Assembly (NCBI RefSeq): GCF_004010195.1
Contig: NC_057720.1
Location: forward strand, 23,864,135 to 23,907,286
Direction: 5' to 3'
DNA length: 43,152 nucleotides
Source of the DNA: Chiloscyllium plagiosum
Lineage: Eukaryota
Position numbers and translations under genes: made by a program. Shown one piece after another: positions 12,626-23,597 of this stretch. Positions within the stretch are counted from its first letter, which is position 1. Every line of letters begins with the position of its first letter. The notes beneath the pieces are model-generated. The model was not told where the DNA came from. It worked only from the letters and a program-made list of their open reading frames with translations, and made no database searches.

Positions 12626-13078
12626 CATTAATGTAATGATTTACTGGTGCACTGAGGGATTAGTCTGGAGTGGTAGGCCAACACACTGCATCTTCACCTC
12701 TCGACAATGGGTTTGAATCCAGCCCTGGGTGTACAAAGCCTGCTGCTGATTGGATAGGTGTAAGAGAAACCCATCTGAATGCATGACTGCTAACTCCTGA
12801 AGATCATTAACTCTTAGCACAGAGCTACATCAAATTCAGTTCAAACCAATAATAAAGTGTCACGATGAAGAAGGTTGGTGTGGGGGTCAAACAAAAACCA
12901 CAGTGGAGTATAAGAGTCTGTGTAATGCCTCAGAGTAAAGGAGCATTGTTAATGAGTTCTCCTCATGGACAAGAGTCTGTCAAAACTTTCTTTTGAAAGA
13001 ATCACGTGATACAAAAACATACGCAGCATCAAAATGCATCATTGCACAGTTTGAGAATGACAACAACAGGAATTTTAA

Positions 13079-13215
13079 ATAAAAGCAAAATGTTACAGAT
13101 GCTGGAGATCTGAAATGAAAACAGAAAATGCTGGATAAACTGACCAGGTTGAAGCAGCATCTGTGAAGAAAGAGGCGGGAGACATTTTGAGTCCAATGCC
13201 TTCTCCAGATCTGTC
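13079..13215 (-). mobile_element. PLE-terminus remnant, family C
   Basis: aaaagcaaaatgttacagatgctggagatctgaaatgaaaacagaaaatgctgg...gcagcatctgtgaag. Confidence 0.75.
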
Positions 13216-14021
13216 CCAAACAGGAGTCTTTGGACTTCTGATAATTTGTTCTGCCTCATAAACCCTAGATAGTTCCTTATTAAAGTTTTTTTTTTAATAA
13301 CACTTAATTACCTAGATGTTAAACATTGGTGATGGAGAGAGAGGATACTAAAACATTGCCAATAGAAACTATTTAACTTGATTTAATGGAATGAGGTTCA
13401 GGCAGATATTGCAAGAGACATACCATTTGCAATCTCTCCCTGTCCACATAATAACCATCAGCTATACATTCTCCTCCTTCTCCTACTTCTTAGAAGTTTC
13501 AATTCTTCATTTTATCCCATGCTTAAAAACTTCCATTTGCCATTGAAATTCTACCCTCTCTGCAGTTTTTGAAAGAATGCCTTTCGGAGGACAGCACAAA
13601 GAGATTCATTTGTGTCTGTTTGTGCCATATGACTTTGGAAGTATTAACTGCTGTTGCCAGGCATTGAGAAGTGAGATAATAAGTCCTCCATTTATCTTAA
13701 GAAGCACAAAACTTCACAAATCAGAATCATTTCTCACTGCTTTAGAATCAGGTGAAAGAAGTCCTTTGCTTAATTTTATCACACCATAATTCCACAGTTC
13801 TGTCTTTTACACATGACTTGGAGACAGGTGAAATTGTACAATTACAGCAAAGAAGTTCACAACCAAGACAATAGATTAGAAACTCAGGACTCAGAGATCT
13901 GTGCCAGGATCACACATATGTAGAAACAAAATACACTTATATTATCTGTGTTTCACCATGTAAAATCCATCAATGTAATCTGCTATAAGAGTTAACACCT
14001 TATTGCCTCAAGCATAGACAG

Positions 14022-14264
14022 GAGAAAGTGAGGACTGCAGATGCTGGAGATCAGAGCTGAAAATGTGTTGCTGGAAAAGCGCAGCAGGTCAGGCAGCATC
14101 CAAGGAGCAGGAGAATAGACGTTTCGGGCATGAGCCCTTCTTCAGGAGCCCTTCTTCATTCCTGAAAATGTGTTGCTGAAGAAGGGCTCATGCCCGAAAC
14201 GTCGATTCTCCTGCTCCTTGGATGCTGCCTGACCTGCTGCGCTTTTCCAGCAACACATTTTCAG
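14022..14264. mobile_element. Young fold-back PLE-terminus mini-element, family A
   Basis: About 91-bp near-perfect inverted arms (14054-14144 and 14176-14267); 15-bp TSD ctcaagcatagacag at 14007-14021 and 14265-14279. Confidence 0.92.
14176..14207 (+). ncRNA. Minimal hammerhead ribozyme motif (mirror copy on the minus strand at about 14114-14146)
   Basis: CTGAAGA-A-GGGC tcat GCCC-GAAAC-GTC-gatt. Confidence 0.7.
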
Positions 14265-14349
14265 CTCAAGCATAGACAGCCTCACTTATTTTAGAGCGTG
14301 GGAAAATGCAAAGGAAAACGTACCAAGTTCTAGTTACTTGACAAGGTTT

Positions 14350-14870
14350 CTGCTCACCTGCATATTTCTCCTGTATCTTCCACCCAAAATATAAAAATTT
14401 CTATCTCCTTGTTCTTGTGCCATCAGGTAGTTGGAACAGCTTTCTTTTTCCTACCTGATCTAAAACTGTCATAATCTTGCAAACCTTGTTCAAATCTACC
14501 CTCGCTGCATTTTGTTCCAGGGGAAAAAAAAATCACAGCTTCATTTCTATCACAATGATTGAGTTAAAATCCCTCCACTGTGGAATCAGATGTTAATCCA
14601 GAGGCCCAGGATAAAACTCTAAGGGCTTGTATTCAACTGCTACTATGGCTGCTGACAGAATTTAAATCCACTTAATAAAAGCTAGAATTGAAAGACCATG
14701 AAACTATTATTGATTGTCTGAAAAATAAACACATGGTTCATTATTGCCCATTAGACAAGGATATTTGCTAACAGTTCCAAGACTGGCCTCCATGTGCTCT
14801 ACACCCACATATCTGGTTGACACCTGTATCCCATTCTTACTTGCATATGATACAGAAACTGCATCTCTTG
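14350..14870. mobile_element. Old CR1 3' fragment (-) joined to a LINE-family-2-related SINE (+)
   Basis: taatccagaggcccagg...ctactatggc...catggttcat SINE body follows the CR1 remnant; paralogous to 17080-17590. Confidence 0.6.
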
Positions 14871-14875
14871 TCATA

Positions 14876-15200
14876 ATCATTGAGTCCCTACAATGTGGAA
14901 GCAGGCCATTTGGCCCATCTGGTCCACACTGGCCCTCTGAAGAGCCTTCCATTCAGGCCCACACCCTTACCCTATCCCTGTCACTCTGCATTTCCCATGG
15001 CTAATCCATCCAGATGGATATCCCTGGACATATTGGGCAATCCACCTAATCTGCACATCTTTGGACTGTGGGAAGAAAATGGAACACCCTGTGGAAACCC
15101 ACAAAGACATGGAGAGAATATATAAACACCACGTAGACAGGCCTCCAAGATGGGAATCGAACCCAGGTCCCTTGCACTGTGAGGCAGCGATGCTAATTCC
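14876..15200 (-). mobile_element. HE1-type SINE
   Basis: gagtccctacaatgtggaagcaggcc...ctgcacatctttggactgtggg...gggaatcgaacccaggtccc...tgtgaggcagc. Confidence 0.88.
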
Positions 15201-15649
15201 TTGAGGTTTCCTGTATAGTTGGTTATTCATTTTCTTCCATTTCATTTATAATATAAATTATTGTTAGGGGCAGTTAAATAAGAATATAAAGGAGAAAGGA
15301 ACAGAAAGATACCTGGATACGTCGAAATGAAAAAGAGTGGAAGGTGGCTCATTGGGATCTATGGTTGTGAAATTCTTTATCATTTTGCAAGTAAATTAGA
15401 GCCCAAATCTTTTAGCTTCACCATTCCACACTCTATTCTGTAAAGGGGCAAACATTTCCAAATCACTTCCAACTCCATTATTGAACCATCTCAAACATTG
15501 AAACATTTCCCACCTATATGATTGGTATATTATACATTAAGCTCCATTTTACCACAAAGATCAATGGCACTGGGAAAAATGAATCTTTGAAAATACAATA
15601 CGGGATTAATTCATTCAAGTAACAACCATTTTCTCATCACTATTTATTA

Positions 15650-15776
15650 AAGGAAAAACACTGCAGATGCTAGAAATCTGAAATAAAAAGAGAATGTGAG
15701 AGAAACTCAAGCAGGTATGGCAGCAGCTGCAGAGATAGAGAAAGAAAGTTTTGAATCCAGATGACTTCTTCAGAAC
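15650..15776 (-). mobile_element. PLE-terminus remnant, family C
   Basis: ctgcagatgctagaaatctgaaataaaa...gacttcttcagaac (hammerhead core remnant on the minus strand). Confidence 0.7.
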
Positions 15777-15974
15777 TCAAATAGAACTCATTATTATCAG
15801 AATTATCAGTGTAAAACTTGCAGTTTGTTTTTACCTTAAATATAAAATTGTTATTTTGTTTAATACTGATACCCTATACAGATACCAGTATGATTTAGAC
15901 ATTTAGTTTTATAATTTAGATACACTTTAATAGCATAAGCTTGTCTATTTTAAAGATAAAGGGTTGAATTTTCT

Positions 15975-16147
15975 CAAACAGAAACTGAAATTGTTGGAAA
16001 AGCTGGCAGCATCTGTGGAGAGCAATCAGACAGTTCTGAGGAAGGCTCACTTGATCCAAAACATTAACTCCGACCTGCTGAGCTATTCCAGCAATTTCTG
16101 TCTTTTATTTCTGATTTACATCATCTGCAGTTATTTCGGTTTTTAGT
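15975..16147. mobile_element. Fold-back PLE-terminus mini-element, family C
   Basis: Short inverted arm, then gttCTGAGGAaggctcacttgatccAAAAcattaac; 11-bp TSD ttg(a/g)attttct at 15964-15974 and 16148-16158. Confidence 0.8.
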
Positions 16148-16489
16148 TTGGATTTTCTGACGTGGCTAACTAGAACAGCAAATGACTAGCTATCTGCAAA
16201 CAACCAAAAGCTACTTCCAAGTGCAGAAAGCTGTTGGCCCCAATTTCCTAGAAGTTGCCGATTTATTTATTTATCTCCAGATTCCTGTGGAGCTTTGGCC
16301 CCTTGCAAAATAGCCTAATGGAAAGAGTGAAAAATCAAACTGTGATTGAAAAGGAATGTGATAAGTACCTCGGTAGGGAGACAGGATAAATTCACCCTCT
16401 GTATTACTGTGTGAAGAATGGCGTAAGTTCAGCAAATGGGCGATCATGATATTGATGGATAAAATGAACTCCTTGTCTACTTGAATGAC

Positions 16490-16621
16490 CCCACAACCGC
16501 CTGACGAAGGAGCGTCGCTCCAAAAGCTGGAGCTTCCAATTAAACCTGTTGGACTATAACCTGGTGTTGTGTGATTTTTAACTTTGTACACCCCAGTCCA
16601 ACATCGGCACCTCCAAATCAT
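16490..16621 (+). mobile_element. PLE-terminus mini-element, family B
   Basis: CTGACGA-A-GGAGC gtc GCTCC-aaaagct followed by the terminus ttggactataacctggtgttgtg...gtccaacatcggcacctcc, shared with 33465-33584 and 38731-38830. Confidence 0.8.
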
Positions 16622-16899
16622 GACTTTTTAACTGTGTGGCTCATTGCAGTCAATGTTAATCAACAGTGTGCTAGACTTAAACCATCATTTGTCCAGCAGC
16701 CAGTTGAACTGAAACAGAATGTTGTGGCGAATTGGCCTTTGCCTTCCCATTGAGGCTTTTATCACACTCCTTTTCAGTTGCAGTATGATTTTCACTTTTT
16801 CCATGAGGCATAAAGCCAAAGCTCAAGAGAAATTAACAAATGACATAGTCCAAAAAATTGAGGCCAGTTGCTTTCTGGACTTCAAATAACTTTTTTTTT

Positions 16900-17590
16900 T
16901 GCTTTTGGTCAAGCAGTCTAATCAGTCCCATTCCCCTGCTTATCCCTGTCACCTTGCATCTTTATTTACTCCAAGTACCATCCAATTTCCTTTTGACTGC
17001 ATTCAGCATCTCAGCTTCCATCACCTTTGTAGGGATCAAATTCCACATCATCACCACACAGTGAATAAAAGAAAATATTTCCCTCACATTCTTCCTGCAT
17101 CTTCTGCCCAAAATATTTAATCTTGTATTGTGCTATCAGGCAATTAGAACAGGTTTCTTTTTCCTATCTGATTTAAAACTCTCACAATCTTGTGTGCCTT
17201 GATCAAATCTCCCCTCATTTCCAACCCAACCTTTGAACATAAATCCCTCAAATCTGGATTTCGGTGTAAATCCAGAGGCCCAGCATAACGCACTAAGGGC
17301 TTTTATTCAAATCCTACTATGGCTGCTTATTCATTTAATAAAATCTAGATTTGAAAAACCATGATTGATTGATTTCATTGATTGTCTGCAAAACAAAATC
17401 ATGGTTCATCATTGACCTCTGGAGAAGGAAATTTGCTATCCGTACCCAGATTGACTTCTGTCTGGCTCAAGATCCACATATGCGGTTGACATTTAGTTGC
17501 CCCCTGAATTGGCTGAGGAAATTATTCAATTCAAGGGCAATTATGGATAGAAATCTTAGCCTTGTCAATGGTGCTCACCTCACACGAAAA
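16900..17590. mobile_element. Old CR1 3' fragment (-) joined to a LINE-family-2-related SINE (+, about 17265-17590)
   Basis: The SINE body ends in caagggcaattatggat...gccttgtc, which is the LINE family 2 tail. Confidence 0.65.
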
Positions 17591-17611
17591 GTCTTTCTTC
17601 AAAGAAATGCA

Positions 17612-17798
17612 GTACAGGGTTCCCCAATTTATGAATATCTGACTTAAAACCCCGATCCAATTTTGGGGTGTAATTTTAAATATCTGACTTACAAACATTT
17701 CCTATACTTACAAATGGCTTCCTATTGTCTCACACTGCGTTCTGACAAATGAACAGATTGAGGAATAGAATCCTTTCACAATCCAGGGTGTGCTCTTA
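17612..17798. mobile_element. Possible decayed TcMar-Tigger-like MITE
   Basis: Starts TAcagggttccccaatttatgaa with internal (g)acttac(a)aa repeats; the right TIR is only weakly recognisable. Confidence 0.4.
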
Positions 17799-19747
17799 AG
17801 AAAATTCACCTAGTTTTCCATATATTTAGAGTTATAGAACATAGAACATGGAACATGGAACATTACTGAGCAATACAGGCCCTTTGGCCTTCGCTGTTGT
17901 GCCGACCTATGAAACCAATCTAAAGCCCAACTAACCTACACTATTCCATTATCATCCAGTGACCATTTAAGTGCCCTTAATGTTGGATAGTCTACTACTG
18001 TTGCAGGTAGGGCATTATATGCCCTTACTACTTACTGAGTAAAGAAACTACCCCTGACATCTGTCCTATATCTATCACCCCTCAATTTAAAGCTATGTCC
18101 CCTCATGCTAGCCATCACTATCTGAAGAAAAAGGCTCTCACTGTCCACGCTATTTAACCGTCTGATCATCTTGTATGCCTCTATTAAGTCACGTCTTAAC
18201 CTTCTCTCTAACGGAAACAGCCTCAAGTGCCTCAGACTTTCCTCATAAGACCTTCTCTTCATAACAGGCAACATTCTGGTAAATCTCCTCTCCTTTCCAA
18301 TGCTTCCACATCCTTCCTATAAGGACTAGAACTATACGCAATGCTCCAAGTGCGGCCTCACCAGAGTTTTGTACAGCTGCAACATGATTTCATGGCTCCG
18401 AAACTCAATCCCTCTGCCAATAAAACTTAACACAATCTCTTGACAACCTTATCAACCTGGGTGGCAATTTTCAGGGCTCTATGCACATGGACACCAAGAT
18501 CTCTCTGCTCATTCATGCTTACCAAGAATTGTACCATTAGCCCTGATCCTCTGTATTCCTGATTCTCCTTCCAAAGTCAATCACCTCACAGTTTTCTGCA
18601 TTAAACTCCATTTGCTACCTCTTAGCCCAGCTCTGCAGCTTATCTATGTCCCTCTGTAACCTGCAACATCTTTCTCACTGTCCCCAATTCCACCTACTTT
18701 AGTGTCATCAGCATATTTACTAACCCATCTTTCTACATCCTCATCCAGGTCATTTATAAAAATGACAAAGAGGAGTGGTCCCAAAACAGATCCTTGCAGT
18801 ACACCACTTGTAACTGAACTCCAGGATGAGCATTTCCCATTAACCAGCACCGTCTGTCTTCTTGCAGCTAACCAATTTCTGATCTAAACCTCTAAATCAC
18901 CCTCAATGCCATGCCTCTATATTTTCTGTAATAGCCTAATGTAGGGAAGCTTATCAAATGTCTTACTGAAATCCCAATAGACCACATGAGCTTTACGCTC
19001 ATCCACCTATTTGGTCACCTTCTCAAAGAAGACAAATCTAGGTTTGTAAGGCATGACCTACCCTTCACAGAACCTTGTTGACTATCCCCCAATCAAACCA
19101 TTCCTTTCTAGATGATTATAAATTCTATTTCTTATAATCCTTTCCAAAACTTTGCCTATAACAGAAGTAAGGTTCACTGGTTTATAATTACCAGGGTTGT
19201 CTCTACTCCCCTTCTTGTACAAGGAGACATTTGTTATCCTCCAGTTTTCTGGCACTATTCCTGTAGACAATGATGACATAAAGATCAAAGCTAAAGGCTC
19301 TGCAATCTCCTCCCTAACTTCCCAGAGAATCCTAGGGATAAATTCCATTCAGCCCAGGGGACTTATCTATTTTCCCACTTTCCAGAATTGCTAACACCTA
19401 CTCCTTATGAACCTCAGACCTGTCTAGCCTAATAGCCTGTATCTCAGTATCCTCCTCAACAACATTGTCTTTTTCCTGTGTGAATGCTGATGAAAAATAT
19501 TCATTTATTGCCTCTCCTATCTCTTCGGACTCCTCGCACAACTTCCCACTATTGTCCTTGACTGGCCCTAATCTTACCCTAGTCATTCCGTTATTCCTGA
19601 CATACCAAGAGAAAGCTTTTGGGTTTTCATTGATCCTACCTGCCAAAGCCTTCTCATGCCCCTCCTGGCTCTTCTTAGCTCTCTCTTTCGGTCATTCCTG
19701 GCTAACTCGTAACTCTCAAGCACCCTAACTGAATCTACACTTCTCAT

Positions 19748-20064
19748 GGGCGGCACGGTGGCACAGTGGTTAGCACTGCTGCCTCACAGCGCCAGAGACC
19801 CGGGTTCAACTTCCGCCTCAGGTGACTGGCTTGTGTGGAGTTTGCACGTTCTCCCCGTGTCTGTGTGGGTTTCCTCCGGGTGCTCCGGTTTCCTCCCACA
19901 GTCCAAAGATGTGCAGGTCAGGTGAATTGGCCATGCTAAATTGCCCGTAGTGTTAGGTAAGGGGTAAATGTAGGGGTATGGGTGGGTTGTGCTTCGGCGG
20001 GTCGGTGTGGACTTGTTGGGCCGAAGGGCTTGTTTCCACACTGTAATGTAATGTAATCTAATCT
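19748..20064 (+). mobile_element. Young full-length HE1-type SINE nested in CR1
   Basis: gggcggcacggtggcacagtggttagcactgctgcctcacagcgccagagacccgggttcaa...gtttccacactgtaatgtaatgtaatcta. Confidence 0.95.
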
Positions 20065-20259
20065 TTACAGAGCCTCCTTCTTCCTCTTAAGAGATTAAAT
20101 TTCTTTAGTAAACCATGGTTCCTTCACTTGTCCAATTGCTCCCTGCCTGACAGGTACATACTTATCAAGACCACCCAGTAGCTGTTTCTTGAACAGGCTC
20201 CATATTTCAACTGTGCTCATCCCCTGCAGTTTCCTTCCCCATCATTTGCATCCTAAATC

Positions 20260-20603
20260 ATTAAATCATAGAATCCCTACAGTGTAGAAACAGTCCCTTC
20301 GGCCCAACAAGTCCACACTTACCCTCTGAAGAGTCACCCATCCAGACCCATTCCCTGTCATTTACCCCTGACTAATGCACCTAACCTACACACCTCTGAA
20401 GACTATGGTCAATATAGCATGGCCTATTCACCCAGTCTGCACCTCTTTGGATTGTGGGAGGAAACTGGAGCATTCAGAGGAAACCAACGCAGACATGGGG
20501 AGAACATGCAACCCCACACAGTTGGTTGCCCGATGTTGAAATTGAACTTGGGTCATTGGTGCTGTGAGGCAACAGTGCCATCCACTGAGCCACCGTGCTG
20601 CCC
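20260..20603 (-). mobile_element. HE1-type SINE nested in CR1
   Basis: Reverse-complement head ccaccgtgctgccc; flanked by cctaaatc at 20252-20259 and 20602-20609. Confidence 0.9.
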
Positions 20604-20820
20604 TAAATCTTGCCTAATCACATAATTGCTTTTACATAATTGTTATAACTCTTTCCCTGCAGTACATACCTATTTCTTTCCATCGCTAAACTAAATATTA
20701 TTGAATTTTGGTCACTGTCACCAAAGTGCTCACCTACCTCCAAATCTAACACCTGGCCGAGTTCATTACCAAGTACCAAATCCAATGTGGTCTCACCTCT
20801 TGTTGGCCTATCTACATAAT

Positions 20821-20974
20821 ATCAAGGGTGCGGTGCTGAAAAGCACAGCAGGTCAGGCAGCATCTGAGGAGCAGGAGAATTGACATTTTGCGCACAAGCC
20901 CTTCATCAGGAAGCCCGTTTCCAGCACCACACTCTCGACTCTGATCTCCAGCATCTGCAGCCCTCACTTTCTCT
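20821..20974. mobile_element. Fold-back PLE-terminus mini-element, family A, nested in CR1
   Basis: 12-bp TSD tatcta(c/a)ataat at 20809-20820 and 20975-20986; minus-strand CTGATGA-A-GGGC core. Confidence 0.88.
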
Positions 20975-22214
20975 TATCTAAATAATGTGTCAGGGAACCC
21001 TTCTACACACATTGGACAAAAACTGACCAATGTAAAGTACTCAAACTATAGCATTTCCAGTCAATATTTGGAAAGTTAGTCTTACATAACAACTACCCTG
21101 TTATTTTCGCTCCTTTCCAGAATCATCTTTGCAATCCTTTCCAGAATCATCTTTGCAATCCTTTCCTTCACATCGCTGGAACTTATCAGAGGCCTATAAT
21201 AAACTCCCAACAGGGTGACCTCTCCTTTCCTGTTTCTAACCTCAACCCATACTACATCAGCAGATGAGTCCCCATCAAACATCTTTTCTGCCACCATAAT
21301 ACTGTCCTTGACTAACAATGCTGCACCTTCCCCTCTTTGACCATCTTCTCTGTACTTACTGAAGCATCTAAACCTGGAACCTGCAACAACCATTCCTGTC
21401 CCTGCTCTACCCATGTCTCCAAAATAGCCACAACATCAAGGTCCCAGGTGTCAACCCATGCTGCAAGTTCACCCATCTAATTCCGGAAGCTCCTGACGTT
21501 GAAGTAGACACACTTCAAACCACCTTTCTGCCTGCTGTTATGTTCCTGCGACCTTGAAACCTTATTCATGACCTCACTACTCTCAGCCTCCTGCACATTG
21601 AGTTACAATTCAGGTTCCCATTCCCCTGCTGAATTAGTTTAAACCCTCCCAACAAGCATTAGCAATGTTTGCCCCCAGAATGTTGGTACCCCTCTGGTTC
21701 AGGTGTAGAACATCCCGTTTGTAGAGGTCCCACCTACCCCGGAATGAGCTTCAATTATCCAGGTCTCTGAAACCCTCACTCCAGCACCATCCCTGTAGCC
21801 ACGTGTTCAACTGCTCTTTCTCCATATTCCTCGCTTCGCTACCACGTGGCACGGGTAACAAACCAGAGATAACAACTCTGTTTGTTCTAGCACTAAGCTT
21901 CCACCCTAGCTCCTTGAATTTCTGCCTTACATCCCCATCCCTTTTCTTCCCCATGTTATCAGTGCCTATGTAGATTATGAATTGGGGAAGCTCCCCCTCC
22001 CCTTGAAGGATCCCAAATACATGATCTGAGACATCATGGACCCCGCACCTGGGAGGCAATACACCAACTGTGAGTCTCTCTCATTCCCAACTTATATACC
22101 TATATGGGGAAAAAAGTCCCAGAAGCCTCTGCCCTCTGGTAAGTTTTTAAATAAAGAATTTACCTTGCTGACAGCTCCCCCTCCCAGTTTCTATTCTTGC
22201 TGCCCCCACTGCAG

Positions 22215-22510
22215 AAATAGAGTTGTACAGCATGAAAACAGACCCACTGGTCCAATTTAGATATTCTAAATTAATCTAAACCCATTTGCCAGCATTTGGC
22301 CCATATCACTCTAAGTCCTTCCTATTCATGTCTCCATCCACATGCCTTTTAAATGTTGTAACTGTACCTGCTTCCACCACTTCCTCTGGCAGTGTGCACC
22401 ACCCTCTGTGTGAAAAGGTTGCCCCTTACGTCCCGTTTATATCATTCTTGTCTCACCTTAAATCTATGCTGTGGACTCTCCTACCCAGGGAAAAAGACTT
22501 TGGCTAGTCA
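22215..22510 (-). mobile_element. CR1/HER1 3' fragment
   Basis: Reverse complement of the 29280-29600 region (gtacctgcttccaccacttcctctggcag). Confidence 0.8.
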
Positions 22511-23311
22511 ACTGATTCATTTATTGATTTAAGTAGACGGAGACATCCTCCCTAATGGGAAATTTGCTCAAATCTTCTGAATTACCTGCATTATCTGGGC
22601 TCAAATAACCCAATCAACTCCAATAACTTGTAGTGAATTGACAACAAAGCACAAAAGAAATGTTTTGGGCATAATGAGATAAGCATTATATACAGTGACA
22701 AACAAGAGTGCAACACCTCAGAATGCTGTTCCTGTAAATTACTGTTAAAGAAGTCCTGACTTGGCAAGGGAAGCACATGATATTTGTGTTCCTCCTACAA
22801 AATGTTAATAAAAGTAAGCAAGAGCTTTTAATAGTGATGGTTGTTTTTGTATTATCAAGAAGCCATAGAATATTGTAGCTGTCATAAAAAAAGAATTCAT
22901 TCTAAGGAAGACTAATATTAATTATTGAGCTGACAATTTTTATTCAGCTCCCACCCCACAGTTTCATCTGTCAGTCTGTTATATTTGCTTATGTAAAATT
23001 GACTGCATTACCTGATGCATAGTTCCTATTTAATATCCGGACTATTTCATTTATCTTTATTGAACAATTTATTGTGAATCTCAATGGAATTTTGTAGTTT
23101 TTTTTTAACTTCCAAATGTATTAAAGCTGTTTGTAGATTTGCAGAAGAAAAGGATGCTGCCAAATCAATAATAAATGACATATTTCAAACAAAATTGATT
23201 TAAGGAGGCATTAAATGGATTTGTGTGCTGTCCTTTCTCCTCTAAGACCTTTTGATTTGAATCCATCGAGTCTTATTGAAATTCTTTTCCTCTTATAATT
23301 AGAATAATGTC

Positions 23312-23480
23312 AGCCTGGCTCACTTGCTGACACTTTCACCTCCTGAGTCAGCTCCCACTCCAGGGTAAATTGTGCATAATATAAACTGACACCTCGGAAC
23401 AGAGTTAAAGAAATGCTGCAATTTTGGCGGTGCTAAATCTGGATAAGAAGTTAGTCTGAGGTGCTGTCTGTCAATTGCCT
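23312..23480 (+). mobile_element. Deu-domain SINE (SacSINE1/AmnSINE-like) 5' part
   Basis: ctgagtcag..cccactccag..ctgacac..tgctgca..ggcggtgc..ggataaga..gagg..gtctg fits a recalled DeuSINE consensus. Confidence 0.5.
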
Positions 23481-23597
23481 CTGGAAAAACATGTATTTAG
23501 CCCATCATAGCTGTGCTGATTCTGTGGAAGAGCTATGCAACTCTGTTTCTTGCCCCTACAGCCTTACAAATGTTTATTTTCCAAATTTGTTTTTAAT

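Larger units (their letters stand above)
17830..22200 (-). mobile_element. Near full-length decayed CR1 LINE (ORF1 esterase, APE endonuclease, RT)
   Basis: ORF1 SGNH-like IIYIGTDN...VVISGLLPVP at 21751-22059; [49 protein letters not shown]; short tandem-repeat 3' tail. Interrupted by two SINEs and a PLE mini-element. Confidence 0.92.

Noticed and set aside
12660..12740. Possible LF-SINE-like tRNA head (cttcacctct..gggtttgaatccagccc)
   Set aside because: Too short and diverged to call without an alignment.
19748..19815. tRNA-like sequence with A/B boxes
   Set aside because: It is the head of an HE1 SINE and continues into SINE core and tail, so it is not a tRNA gene.
21111..21166. 24-bp tandem duplication (ERIAKMIL twice)
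   Set aside because: Ordinary slippage inside a dead CR1.
22586..22626. Minus-strand exon-like segment ending CAG|GTAATT
   Set aside because: Stop codons in all three frames.
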